Assembly (NCBI GenBank): GCA_013116665.1
Contig: JABFJY010000032.1
Span: 1 to 53,109 of the forward strand
Direction of reading: 5' to 3'
DNA: 53,109 nt
From: Corallococcus coralloides
GTDB taxonomy: Bacteria; Myxococcota; Myxococcia; Myxococcales; Myxococcaceae
The notes beneath the pieces are model-generated. The model saw nothing but the letters and a program-made list of their open reading frames with translations, was not told the origin of the DNA and searched no databases. A program made the translations under genes and the position numbers. Of this stretch, positions 1 to 8,981 are shown piece after piece. How positions within the stretch are numbered: position 1 is the first letter of the stretch; every line of letters begins with the position of its first letter.

Positions 1-511
1 GCGCGGGGACGACCAGGCTCTCGCGGGGCACCTCCACCACGATGGGGGACTGGCCGGAGCGCTGCCGGTTCTCGTCCTCCAGGGAGTAGAAGAGCTGGAT
101 CTGCGAGCCGCCCTTCATGACGAGCTCGCCCTTCTGGTTCTCCGCCCAGAGGTCGATTTCGACGAAGTACCGGCCGCCGGAGCCGTGGCGGTCGCTCACG
201 CGGCCCTTGCAGACCACGGTGTCGCCCGGCCACACCATCTTGATGAAGCGGACGTTGTAGCGCCGCAGCTGGCCGCCGCGGGCCCAGTCGCTGATGAGCT
301 GGCCCAGCATGCCCATGACGAGCATGCCGGGGGCGTAGACGGACGGCATGCCCACGCTCTTGGCGTAGAGCTCGTCCACGTGCACGGGGTTGTAGTCGCC
401 GGAGGCGCCCGCGTAGCGCGACAGCTGGACGCGGTCCACCGGGGCCTTGGCCAGCGCCGGCAGCTCGTCACCGACGCGGATGGATTCGAAGTAGAGCTTG
501 CGCGCGGGCAT
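1..511 (-). CDS. MaoC-like (R)-specific enoyl-CoA hydratase, hot-dog fold, C-terminal subunit. Partial: start codon at 511-509, runs off the window start.
   Basis: Reverse-complement translation begins MPARKLYFESIRVGDELPALAKAPVDRVQLSRYAGASGDYNPVHVDE, a typical MaoC dehydratase N-terminus. TGATG stop/start overlap with the upstream gene. Not in the ORF track because there is no stop in the window. Confidence 0.7.
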   Translation of the reverse strand, partial: MPARKLYFESIRVGDELPALAKAPVDRVQLSRYAGASGDYNPVHVDELYAKSVGMPSVYAPGMLVMGMLGQLISDWARGGQLRRYNVRFIKMVWPGDTVVCKGRVSDRHGSGGRYFVEIDLWAENQKGELVMKGGSQIQLFYSLEDENRQRSGQSPIVVEVPRESLVVPA

Positions 512-960
512 CAGGCGTTCTCCTTGGCGGCACGCACCACGAGGGTCCGGCGGGCGCGGAAGACGAGGTTGCCCTCTTCGTCCCGGCCTTCGTCCTCGAT
601 GACCGCGATGTCCATCTTGCCGGACATGCCCGGCCGCTCGAAGACGTCCGACACGCGGGTGGACACGTAGATGCGGTCCCCCGCGAAGATGGGCCGCTCG
701 TAGTCGAAGCCCTGCTCGGCGTGCAGCAGGCTCTTGATGCCCACCCCCAACAGCTCCCGGAGGTCCGCGGCGGAATGGAACGACGCGGGGAACGTGGGCG
801 GCGCGACGATGGTGGGGTAGCCCGAGGCGCGGGCGTACTCCTCATCGTAGTAGATGGGATTGTAGTCGCCGATTGCCTCGGCGAAGCGCCGGATGGCGCC
901 CTTCTCCACCTCGTTGAGCGTCGGCGGCGAGGCGCGGCCAATCGCGTTCTTGTCCAGCAT
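511..960 (-). CDS. MaoC-family dehydratase N-terminal-like subunit (FAS1-like hot-dog), partner of the downstream subunit
   Basis: 149-aa ORF (GIKSLLHAEQGFDYERPIFAGDRIYV). Stop overlaps the start of the next MaoC gene, like the two-subunit HadAB type dehydratases. Confidence 0.7.
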   Translation of the reverse strand: MLDKNAIGRASPPTLNEVEKGAIRRFAEAIGDYNPIYYDEEYARASGYPTIVAPPTFPASFHSAADLRELLGVGIKSLLHAEQGFDYERPIFAGDRIYVSTRVSDVFERPGMSGKMDIAVIEDEGRDEEGNLVFRARRTLVVRAAKENA

Positions 961-980
961 TTCCCTCTCCTGATGAACCT

Positions 981-1982
981 TCAGCGACCTGACGGAAGCT
1001 CGAGCACCGTCAGGAGCCCGGCCTCCGCGGCCGTCAAACGTGGCGCGGCATTCACCAGCGCGTTCGCGGTGGCCCGGTCGCCCGCCACTCCCCCCGGTAT
1101 CTCCAGCACCAGCTTCGGATCCGCGTCGATCTCGATGCGATCTCGTGGGTTGTCCGCCCCTACCGCGATGGTCAGCTCCAGGCGGACCCGCTCCTGCCCC
1201 TCCTCCAAACCCACCACGGACTGGAACATGCCCGCGACGCGGCCTTTCTTCACGACAAATGCGCCGCCGGTGATCTCCTCCTCGGCGAACACGGGAGTCA
1301 CTTCCTCCTCGAAGTCGTCACAATCCAGCCCCAGCCCCACCGCCGCCAGCGCCGCGGACTCCACCAGCCCCACGTGGCCCAGCTCCTCGCGGTCCACCAG
1401 GTCGAAGAACTCCTCCTCCGTCAGGCCCGCGCCCACCTTGCGCTGCAGGGCCTCACGGCGCGTGCGGGCATCCACCACGCGGCTGGCCGTCACCTTGCGC
1501 ACGGGGCCGCACACCTGACCGGCGGTGGCCACCAGGCGGTCCAGCACGAAGCCCGGGTTCACGCCCGTGCCCACGATGGCGACGCCCGCCTTCAGCGCGG
1601 CGCGCTCCAGCTTCTCCGCCAGCTCCGGGTACTTGAGGTGCGGGAACGCCAGCTCCTCGCAGGTGCTGGCCACCGGCAGGCCCAGCTTCAGCGCTTCCAG
1701 CAGCTGATCCATCACCTGGGCGAGCCGCGAGCTGGTGGCGTGCAGCACCACCACGCCCTTGCGGCGCCCCACGGCCTTCTCCAGCGAGTCCGCCACCTTG
1801 AAGCGCGGGCCCGCCAGCCCCAGCACGTCGCCCAGGGGACGACCCACCAGGGAGGGCTGCGGATCCACCGCGCCCATCAGCTCCACTTCGGGGGACGACA
1901 GGGCTGCCCTGGCAATCTCCTGCCCGATGAACCCCAGCCCCATCACCACCACCGGCACCGGCCCATCAGGGGCTCTAGCCAT
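981..1982 (-). CDS. Dihydrodipicolinate-reductase-like NAD(P)-binding oxidoreductase (DapB family)
   Basis: 333-aa ORF. N-terminal Rossmann motif VVVMGLGFIGQEIARA. The C-terminal region resembles the DapB C-terminal domain. Confidence 0.65.
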   Translation of the reverse strand: MARAPDGPVPVVVMGLGFIGQEIARAALSSPEVELMGAVDPQPSLVGRPLGDVLGLAGPRFKVADSLEKAVGRRKGVVVLHATSSRLAQVMDQLLEALKLGLPVASTCEELAFPHLKYPELAEKLERAALKAGVAIVGTGVNPGFVLDRLVATAGQVCGPVRKVTASRVVDARTRREALQRKVGAGLTEEEFFDLVDREELGHVGLVESAALAAVGLGLDCDDFEEEVTPVFAEEEITGGAFVVKKGRVAGMFQSVVGLEEGQERVRLELTIAVGADNPRDRIEIDADPKLVLEIPGGVAGDRATANALVNAAPRLTAAEAGLLTVLELPSGR

Positions 1983-2229
1983 CGGAGATTGCTCCCGAAT
2001 TCCAAGGGGTTACAGCCATTTACGTTGGGTAGGAGGCCACCATAGAACACGGCTCGACGGGCAGGCAAGCAGGACGTGGAATCCAGCGACCGCCTGTTTC
2101 AGGGAAACCTCAAGAATTCCGGCAGTTTGGCGGTACTGGAAAGCTTGGGGGGGCCTGTTTGCCCGCATGCGGACCGGCTATAAGACTCTGAGAAAAAACG
2201 CAGCCCACTCGCTCGGAGCGTATCAGCCC

Positions 2230-3351
2230 ATGGCCCGAATCCTCGTGGTGGACGACGACGTGCTCATCCTCGCGGCGCTGTCCCGGATCCTCCACGCGGA
2301 GGGTTACGAGGTCGTGACACACAGCGACCCGGTGGCGGCGGCGCGGGAGCAGGGGTTCGACGTCGTCCTCACGGACTTCATGATGCCGTACCTCAACGGC
2401 ATCGAGCTGTTGTCGGCGCTCCGGGAGAAGAACCCTCGCGCGGTGCGGCTGATGCTGACGGCGGCGGCGGACTTCAAGACGGCGTCGGAGGCGGTGAACC
2501 GGGGCGAGGTCTTCCGGTTGCTGGGCAAGCCGTGGGCGCTGAGCGAGCTGACCAGCAGCGTGCGGCAGGCCATCGAGCACCACCGGCTGGTGGCGGCCAA
2601 CGAGCGGCTGACACGCGAGGTCGCGGAGAAGAACGCGGAGCTCTTGTCCATCAACGAGGGGCTGGAGCGCCGGATCATCGAGCGCACCACGGGGCTCCTG
2701 GACGGACTCATCAGCGCGCTGGACTACCGCGACACGGAGACGCAGTGGCACTCGCGGCGCGTGTCGCTGTACGCGCGGCGGCTGGCGCTGGAGATCGGCC
2801 TCACCGGGCCGGCGCTGGACGTGGTGGAGCAGGGCGCGCTCCTGCACGACATCGGGAAGATTGGCGTGCGGGACTCCATCCTGCTCAAGCCCGGGCCGCT
2901 CACGCCGGACGAGTGGGTGGAGATGAAGCTGCACCCGGAGTTCGGCTACCGGATGCTGGCGAAGATGCCGTACCTGCACGAGGCGGCGCTCGTCGTCCTG
3001 CAGCACCAGGAGCGCTGGGACGGCAAGGGCTATCCGCTGGGGCTCCAGGGCGAGGAGATCGTCATCGGGGCGCGCATCTTCTGTCTCGTGGACACGCTGG
3101 ACGCCATCACCTCCGACCGGCCCTATCGCAAGGGGCGCCCCATGAGCGTGGCGCGCGACGAGGTCCGCCGCTGCGCGGGCACGCAGTTCGATCCGATGCT
3201 CGCGGAGGCGTTCCTCGGCCTGCCGGAGACGGAGTGGGCCCGCATCCGCCGTGAGGTGGAGATGATGGAGGAGTCGGAGAGCCACCGCTGGACGGGCGCG
3301 AAGCTCAACGCCCAGGGCGAGCCCGTGCCCGCGCGCGCCGCCGGGGCCTGA
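2230..3351 (+). CDS. Response regulator with receiver domain and HD-GYP domain (c-di-GMP phosphodiesterase type)
   Basis: ORF 1735..3351, trimmed to the ATG at 2230 (MARILVVDDDVLILAALSRIL). REC motifs DVVLTDFMMPYLNG. HD-GYP motifs HDIGK and DGKGYPLGL. Confidence 0.85.
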   Translation: MARILVVDDDVLILAALSRILHAEGYEVVTHSDPVAAAREQGFDVVLTDFMMPYLNGIELLSALREKNPRAVRLMLTAAADFKTASEAVNRGEVFRLLGKPWALSELTSSVRQAIEHHRLVAANERLTREVAEKNAELLSINEGLERRIIERTTGLLDGLISALDYRDTETQWHSRRVSLYARRLALEIGLTGPALDVVEQGALLHDIGKIGVRDSILLKPGPLTPDEWVEMKLHPEFGYRMLAKMPYLHEAALVVLQHQERWDGKGYPLGLQGEEIVIGARIFCLVDTLDAITSDRPYRKGRPMSVARDEVRRCAGTQFDPMLAEAFLGLPETEWARIRREVEMMEESESHRWTGAKLNAQGEPVPARAAGA

Positions 3352-3369
3352 CGCGCGAAGGGCCCCGCC

Positions 3370-5466
3370 TCAGGGGGCACGGGTGCCGACGACGACCTCG
3401 TCGATGATCGTGCCCTCCAGGAGCGCGTCCACGACGTCCATGCCTTGAATCACTTCACCGAAGGCCGTGTAGCGGCCATCCAGGTGCGGCTGCGGTGAGT
3501 GGGTGAAGAAGAACTGGCTGCCGCCGGTGTCCTTGCCCGACAGCGCCATCCCCACGGTGCCCCGCGCATACGGCCGGCGCGTCATCTCGCAGCGGATGGA
3601 GTAACCGGGCCCCCCCTCCCCGTCTCCGCGCGGGTCTCCGCCCTGCGCGACGAAGTCCGGCACCACGCGGTGGAAGGTGATGCCGCGGAAGTAGCCCTGC
3701 TTCGCGAGCGCCACCAGGTTGCCGCCCGTGAGCGGCGCGTCCGGATCCAACAGGACGGTGATGTCGCCCTTGCGCGTGCGCAGCATGAGCGTCGTGCCGG
3801 AGGGCGCTGCCGGCGGACGGTACGTCTCCGGAGGCAGCTCCACGCGGGCGGAGCGGACCGGCGTGCCCGTGAGCGTCGTGAGGGACTCGGCCGCGACCCG
3901 GCGCACGTTGGCGTGCGGATGGCCCAGCCACTCGCGCAGGCGCGGTTCCGCCGCCTTTCCCTGCAACGCGACGAGCGCGCCGGCCACCGCCTCCGCCAGG
4001 TCCGGCTCCTTGGGGACGCGGTCGGCCAGGGCCTGCACCGCGGTCAGGGCTTCGGCATCCTTCAGCTTGCCGGCGGCGGCCGCGGCCAGCCCCGCCACCA
4101 CCGCGTCCCCTCCTCCGATGAGCGCGCGAATGGGCGCCAGCGCTTCGGGCACGGGACGTTCGGAGAGGGCATCCAGCGCGGCGCCGCGCACGATGGGACT
4201 GACGTGGTCCAGGTAGGGCACCGCGAACGCAGCGCCGGTGGGCTGTCCCTTGAACTGCGCCACCTCGTGCAGGCCCAGCGCGAGCCATCGCGCTTCGGGG
4301 ACACGACCGTAGCCGCACTGGAGGACCTGCTCCAGCGCGCCCTGCTGCCGGTCCATGGCCGCCGCGATCCGGCAGTCCAGCCAGGCGAGGTCCGCGTGGG
4401 CTTCTTCGGACACGGCCGCGCGGTCTGCATCGGCCAGCGCCCCCCTCATGCGCGAAAACACCGGCCGGCCCTGGAGCGGAAGTCCCTGCTGCGCCACCGC
4501 CAGCAACACGTGGCCCTTCGCCGCCTTCCCCTCCGCCACCTGCTTCGCCAGGAGCGCCTGGCCTTCCAGTGCGATGAGCGGGGCACAGGGTGAGCCGGCC
4601 TCGCACTTCGCGGCGAGCTTCGCCAACGCACGCGCGGCCTCCGCCGACACGCGGGACGTGGTGTCGCCCATCATCAGGGTCAGCGCCACCGCGTCCCGCG
4701 GGCTGCCCACGTCGCCCAGGCCCTTCACGCAGAGGGCCATCACGTCCGGATGCCCGTTCGCCAGACAGGATTGGAGCGCATCCACTGCATCCGGCCGCTT
4801 CGACGCCGCCAGGAGGTACGCCCCGGCGAGGTTCACCTCGCTCCGCAATCGGGGCTTCAGCAGCGCGCGGATGGTCTCCAGGGGCACGTTCGCCACCGCC
4901 GCCGCGCCCGCCTTGCGCGCGGCCACGCCCAGCGCCGTCGCCGCGGCCTCGGACCAGGGACCACTGGCCGGAGACAGGCGGGCCGTCAGCACCTCCACCG
5001 CCCCCGGCGTGGCCAGCTTGCCCAGGGTCTCCAACAGCGTGATGCGCACCCAGCCGTCGGCTTCCGTGGCCTCGGCGTGCACCAGCGCTTGCGTGAGCGC
5101 TGTCCGTGCGTCCTCCGGCAGCGGCTCCCACGACTGCGCCAGCTCACCCGCCGCGAAGGCGGCCTCGTCGCGCACGGCCTTGTCCGGCGCCGTCAGCCCG
5201 GAGAGGACCGCGTCCAACGTCGCCACGTCCTGGATTCGCGCCAGGGACCGGAGGGCTCGCACGCGCACGGCCACTTGCGGCGCGGAGGTGGCGAGCCGCA
5301 CCAGCTCCCCGCCGCCCAGCGAGCGGCGGTCCTCCCAGTCCTGGATGCGCGCGAGGACCTGTGCGGGCGCTTCCTGGGGCGGAGGCACGTCGGGCGTCGG
5401 CACCGAGCGGACACAGGCGCTCACGAGGAGGACTCCGGCGGACACGGCGGCGGGCAGGCGAGCCAT
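3370..5466 (-). CDS. Lipoprotein with HEAT/PBS-lyase-like repeats fused to a C-terminal cyclophilin-type peptidyl-prolyl isomerase
   Basis: Long ORF 3370..7050, trimmed to the ATG at 5466 (MARLPAAVSAGVLLVSAC, lipobox). Repeated A/L-rich HEAT-like units. C-terminus FHRVVPDFVAQGGDP...GTVGMALSGKDTGGSQFFFT is a cyclophilin signature. Confidence 0.75.
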   Translation of the reverse strand: MARLPAAVSAGVLLVSACVRSVPTPDVPPPQEAPAQVLARIQDWEDRRSLGGGELVRLATSAPQVAVRVRALRSLARIQDVATLDAVLSGLTAPDKAVRDEAAFAAGELAQSWEPLPEDARTALTQALVHAEATEADGWVRITLLETLGKLATPGAVEVLTARLSPASGPWSEAAATALGVAARKAGAAAVANVPLETIRALLKPRLRSEVNLAGAYLLAASKRPDAVDALQSCLANGHPDVMALCVKGLGDVGSPRDAVALTLMMGDTTSRVSAEAARALAKLAAKCEAGSPCAPLIALEGQALLAKQVAEGKAAKGHVLLAVAQQGLPLQGRPVFSRMRGALADADRAAVSEEAHADLAWLDCRIAAAMDRQQGALEQVLQCGYGRVPEARWLALGLHEVAQFKGQPTGAAFAVPYLDHVSPIVRGAALDALSERPVPEALAPIRALIGGGDAVVAGLAAAAAGKLKDAEALTAVQALADRVPKEPDLAEAVAGALVALQGKAAEPRLREWLGHPHANVRRVAAESLTTLTGTPVRSARVELPPETYRPPAAPSGTTLMLRTRKGDITVLLDPDAPLTGGNLVALAKQGYFRGITFHRVVPDFVAQGGDPRGDGEGGPGYSIRCEMTRRPYARGTVGMALSGKDTGGSQFFFTHSPQPHLDGRYTAFGEVIQGMDVVDALLEGTIIDEVVVGTRAP

Positions 5467-5589
5467 GCTCGAATGGGCTAGGTCAATTCCCCGCGAAAAT
5501 CCAGGGGTTATGCCGCTGAACAGGTTTGACAGCCGCGCGCCGGGGCCGGGAAGATATCGGGCCGTTTCCCCCCTCCCGGAGCACCGGCC

Positions 5590-6531
5590 CTGAACTGCCC
5601 AGGCTGCAATCGCAAGGTCGCGGAAGACACCGCCATCTGCCCCCACTGCGACCACATCATCGACGAGTCCTTCCTTGGGGGAACCGGGGATGAGGGGAAC
5701 TCCGGCGGTGAAGACGAGAGCACCGGCATCCGTCCTCCGCCGCGCTCGCGGCCCCCTCCGGCCCGGGCTGCTCCGGAGCCTCGTGCACGCCCTGCTCCGG
5801 CCCGCGCCAGGACGGGCGCCCGCCCCGCCGCGCCGCCGCCGAGCGACGACGCCACCAACGTGCGGAGCATGGACGACATCGCCCGGGAGAAGGCCCAACG
5901 CGCCGCGCCTCCCGCCCGGGGCGGTGGCGCCGCCAGGGCCGCTCGCGCGCCGGCCCGTCGCGCCCCGGCGCCCGCGCCCGTCGAGGAGGAAGAGGACGAC
6001 TCGGGCGACGCGGTGGCGGATCCCTGGTCGCGCGAGGCCCGGGAGCTGGAGTCGCCCCGCTCGCCCATCGACGATCCGGAGGTCCTGCTGGACGACGCGC
6101 GATCGTTCCTGCGCGAGCTGGAGGGCGGCGACCGCATCGCGTTCTGGGGCGCGACGCTGGTGGTGCTCTCCTGCTTCATGCCGTGGAAGGAGACGGCGGA
6201 GGGCGGCGACTTCCTGGGCCTCATCAGCCTGGGGTTCATCTCCTTCCTCTTCGCCGTGGCGACCATGGTCTTCGTGGGCCTGCGGGCGCGTCAGGTGATG
6301 ACCTGGGTGAACCCCATGCTGCCGTGGGGCGCGCAGATGGTCTGCAGCGTGGTGACCCTCGTCTGGTCGCTGGTGTTCCTGAAGCTGTCCTCGGACACCA
6401 CGCTCGTGCCGTCGCCGCTGGGCAACGCGGAGATGATGAACTCGTCGCCGAGCATCGGCTGTTTCCTGGGCATCCTCGGCGGCGTCATCGCGGTGCTGGG
6501 CGGCCTGATGGGCCTGAAGCGCCAGGAGTAG
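5590..6531 (+). CDS. Zinc-ribbon (CPGC...CPHC) plus Pro/Arg/Ala-rich linker plus C-terminal polytopic membrane domain. Start codon uncertain (no in-frame ATG before 5860).
   Basis: The frame of ORF 5860..6531 is open upstream to the TGA at 5527. It encodes LNCPGCNRKVAEDTAICPHCDHIID from 5590. The C-terminus has 4 predicted TM helices. Only CTG/GTG-type starts are available. Confidence 0.55.
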   Translation: MNCPGCNRKVAEDTAICPHCDHIIDESFLGGTGDEGNSGGEDESTGIRPPPRSRPPPARAAPEPRARPAPARARTGARPAAPPPSDDATNVRSMDDIAREKAQRAAPPARGGGAARAARAPARRAPAPAPVEEEEDDSGDAVADPWSREARELESPRSPIDDPEVLLDDARSFLRELEGGDRIAFWGATLVVLSCFMPWKETAEGGDFLGLISLGFISFLFAVATMVFVGLRARQVMTWVNPMLPWGAQMVCSVVTLVWSLVFLKLSSDTTLVPSPLGNAEMMNSSPSIGCFLGILGGVIAVLGGLMGLKRQE

Positions 6532-6589
6532 GCCCGCGAGGATTTCGCTGCCGCGCCGGGCGTGAGGCGGGCTACCGTCGCCCGCCACC

Positions 6590-7525
6590 ATGTCCGACGC
6601 CACGCCCCTCTCCCGCCTCCTCGACGCGCTGGGCTCGGCCGTCGTGGGCCAGCCCCGCGTGCTGGCCGACCTGGTGACGGCCTTCCTCGCGCGCGGCCAC
6701 GTGCTGCTGGAGGGCGTGCCCGGGGTCGCCAAGACGCTTACCGCGCGCAGCATGGCCGGGGCGCTGGGGCTGTCCTTCTCCCGCGTGCAGTTCACCCCGG
6801 ACCTGATGCCCGCGGACATCCTGGGCACCAACGTCTTCCAGCCGCAGGAGCAGACCTTCCGCCTGATGAAGGGCCCCGTCTTCACGGAGGTCCTGGTCGC
6901 GGATGAGATCAACCGCACGCCGCCCAAGACGCAGGCGGCGCTCCTGGAGGCCATGGAGGAGCGGCAGGTCACCATCGACGGCGTCACCCACGCGCTGCCG
7001 CCGCACTTCTTCGTCGTCGCCACGCAGAACCCGCTGGAGCTGGAGGGCACCTATCCCCTCCCCGAGGCGCAGCTGGATCGCTTCCTCATGCGCGTGCGCG
7101 TGGGCTACCCGGATGGCGACGCGGAGACGTCCCTCCTGCGCGCCTTCCACCAGCGCGAGGGCCGGCCACCCGCCGTGTCCCGCGTGCTGGACGCTGGCAC
7201 GCTGACGGAGCTGCAGGACCGCGCCGCGCGCGTCGCGTGTGACGACTCCATCCTCCAGTACGTGGTGCAGCTCGTGCGCGACACCCGTGCACATCCTCGC
7301 GTGCGGCTGGGCGCGAGCCCCCGCGCCGCGCAGGCCCTGCTCGCGGCGTCCAAGGCGCACGCGGCGCTCCGGGGCACCGACTTCGTCACCCCGGACGACG
7401 TGAAGGCCGTCACGCCCAGCGTCCTCAACCACCGCCTCCTCCTCAAGGCCGAGGCGGAGGTGGAGGGCGTCACCGCGGACGACGTGCTGAAGCAGATGCT
7501 CGAACGGGTGCGAGTGCCCCGGTGA
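6590..7525 (+). CDS. MoxR-family AAA+ ATPase
   Basis: 311 aa. Walker A LLEGVPGVAKT. MoxR-type sequence throughout. Followed by a DUF58 gene with GTGA overlap. Confidence 0.9.
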   Translation: MSDATPLSRLLDALGSAVVGQPRVLADLVTAFLARGHVLLEGVPGVAKTLTARSMAGALGLSFSRVQFTPDLMPADILGTNVFQPQEQTFRLMKGPVFTEVLVADEINRTPPKTQAALLEAMEERQVTIDGVTHALPPHFFVVATQNPLELEGTYPLPEAQLDRFLMRVRVGYPDGDAETSLLRAFHQREGRPPAVSRVLDAGTLTELQDRAARVACDDSILQYVVQLVRDTRAHPRVRLGASPRAAQALLAASKAHAALRGTDFVTPDDVKAVTPSVLNHRLLLKAEAEVEGVTADDVLKQMLERVRVPR

Positions 7526-8847
7526 GCCTCGGGCGCCCCGTCCCCAGCGGCCTCGCCGTGGCGCTGTTCGCCGGAGCGCTGGTGCCCGCCGCGCTCGCGG
7601 TGGCGAGCCCCGCCTTCGGGTGGCTGGCGCTCGCGGTGGACGTGGCCGTCCTGCTCCTGTGCGCGGTGGACTTCCTGCGCGCGCCGCATGCCCGGGACGT
7701 CGACGCGCGCCGTGAGGTGGAGCCCATCCTCTCCTCCGGCGTGGACAACACCGTGCGCTGGGAATTGCGTTCGCGCACGGACCGGCCCGTGCGTGGCGAG
7801 CTGCGCGACGAGCCGCCCCTGGACGTGGAGAGCCATGGCCACCGTCAGTCCTTCACGCTGGAGCCGAAAGACGCCACGCGGCTGACGTACCGCGTGCACC
7901 CTCCCTCCCGGGGCGACGCGCGCTTCGGCGACGTGAACCTGCGCCTGATGGGGCCGCTGGGCCTGTGCTCGCGGCAGGTGCGGCTGCCCGCGGGCCAGGA
8001 CGTGAAGGTGTACCCGGACCTGCGCGCCCTGTCGCGCGAGGCGCTGACGCTGGCGCGCGCGTCGGAGGCCGTGTCCGCGCGCACGCTCCTGCGCAAGTCC
8101 GTGGAGGGCCGCGAGTTCGAGTCGCTGCGCGAGTACCGCCCCGGCGACGACTACCGGCACATCGACTGGAAGTCCTCCGCGCGCCACGGCCACACGCTGG
8201 TGCGCACGTGGCAGCCGGAGCGCAACCAGCCGGTGCTGCTGCTGTTGGACTGCGGCCGTCACATGGCGGGCCGGGTGCAGGGGCGCAGGAAGCTGGACCA
8301 CGCGGTGGACGCGGCGCTGCGGCTGGCGCGCGTGAGCCTGGACGCGGGCGACGTGGTGGGCGTGCTCGCGTTCGCCAGCGACGTGCGCGCCTTCCTGCCC
8401 CCTCGCAAGGGCGCGGAGCACCTGCGCCTCATCACCGAGTCCCTCTACCGCGCGGAGGCCGGCCTGGAGGAGAGCGACTACGGCCGCGCGTTCGACTTCG
8501 CCTTCGCCCGCCAGACGCGCCGCGCGCTGGTGGTGCTCTTCACCGACCTGGTGGATCCGGACGCGTCCTCCGCGCTCCTCACGCGCACGCTGGCCCTGCG
8601 CCCCCGGCACCTGCCCGTCGTCGCGTCGCTCCTGGACGAGGACCTGGAGGCCGCCGCCACGGACGTGCCCGGCGACGCGACGTCCGCCTACGCGCGGCAG
8701 GCCGCCTCCCGCATGGAGTCCGAGTACCGCCGCACCGCCACCACGCTGCGCGACGCGGGGGCACTGGTGGTGCGCGCGCCGGCCCGCGGCTTCGGCGCCG
8801 CTGCACTCAACGTGTACCTGGACGTGAAGGCGCGCGGGCGCCTCTGA
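7522..8847 (+). CDS. DUF58-family protein (vWA-like), MoxR partner
   Basis: 441 aa, GTG start overlapping the MoxR stop. Motif EFESLREYRPGDDYRHIDWKSSAR is typical of DUF58. Confidence 0.85.
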   Translation: MSLGRPVPSGLAVALFAGALVPAALAVASPAFGWLALAVDVAVLLLCAVDFLRAPHARDVDARREVEPILSSGVDNTVRWELRSRTDRPVRGELRDEPPLDVESHGHRQSFTLEPKDATRLTYRVHPPSRGDARFGDVNLRLMGPLGLCSRQVRLPAGQDVKVYPDLRALSREALTLARASEAVSARTLLRKSVEGREFESLREYRPGDDYRHIDWKSSARHGHTLVRTWQPERNQPVLLLLDCGRHMAGRVQGRRKLDHAVDAALRLARVSLDAGDVVGVLAFASDVRAFLPPRKGAEHLRLITESLYRAEAGLEESDYGRAFDFAFARQTRRALVVLFTDLVDPDASSALLTRTLALRPRHLPVVASLLDEDLEAAATDVPGDATSAYARQAASRMESEYRRTATTLRDAGALVVRAPARGFGAAALNVYLDVKARGRL

Positions 8848-8981
8848 GCGCTCACGACGCATTCGTCAAGCCCTTTGAAACATTCCAGCGCTCGCGCGCG
8901 CATGCGTCGCTCCGCCGAACAGCACGCTTGCCAATCGCGCGGAGGCCGAGTTTTCGGCCTCCGGGAGGACCCCCTTTACAG

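Noticed and set aside
2090-2160. Candidate sigma54 -24/-12 promoter (tGGcggtactggaaaGCttg) upstream of the HD-GYP regulator
   Set aside because: GG-to-GC spacing is ~14 rather than the canonical 10-11. Not supportable.
1735-2229. 5' extension of the HD-GYP response-regulator ORF
   Set aside because: The extended region is Pro/Arg/Ser-rich and overlaps the upstream gene's region. The REC domain begins at MARILVVDDD (2230), the usual receiver start.
3455-5131. 558-aa Gly/Arg/Ala-rich ORF on the minus strand, and several other >100-aa ORFs overlapping 3370..5466
   Set aside because: Alternative frames of the HEAT-cyclophilin gene. Composition is typical of high-GC shadow ORFs. The recognisable cyclophilin and HEAT motifs are in the called frame.
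5467-7050. 5' extension of the long minus ORF 3370..7050
   Set aside because: It runs antisense through the zinc-ribbon and MoxR genes. The lipoprotein signal at 5466 marks the real start.
7105-8862. 585-aa minus-strand ORF antisense to MoxR/DUF58
   Set aside because: Arg/Ala/Gly-rich low-complexity shadow ORF. The plus strand carries clear MoxR and DUF58 motifs.
7965-8981. 5' extension (339 aa) of the SNF2 helicase ORF
   Set aside because: It overlaps the DUF58 gene in another frame and is Arg/Gly/Pro low-complexity. The helicase N-terminal region starts near 8982.
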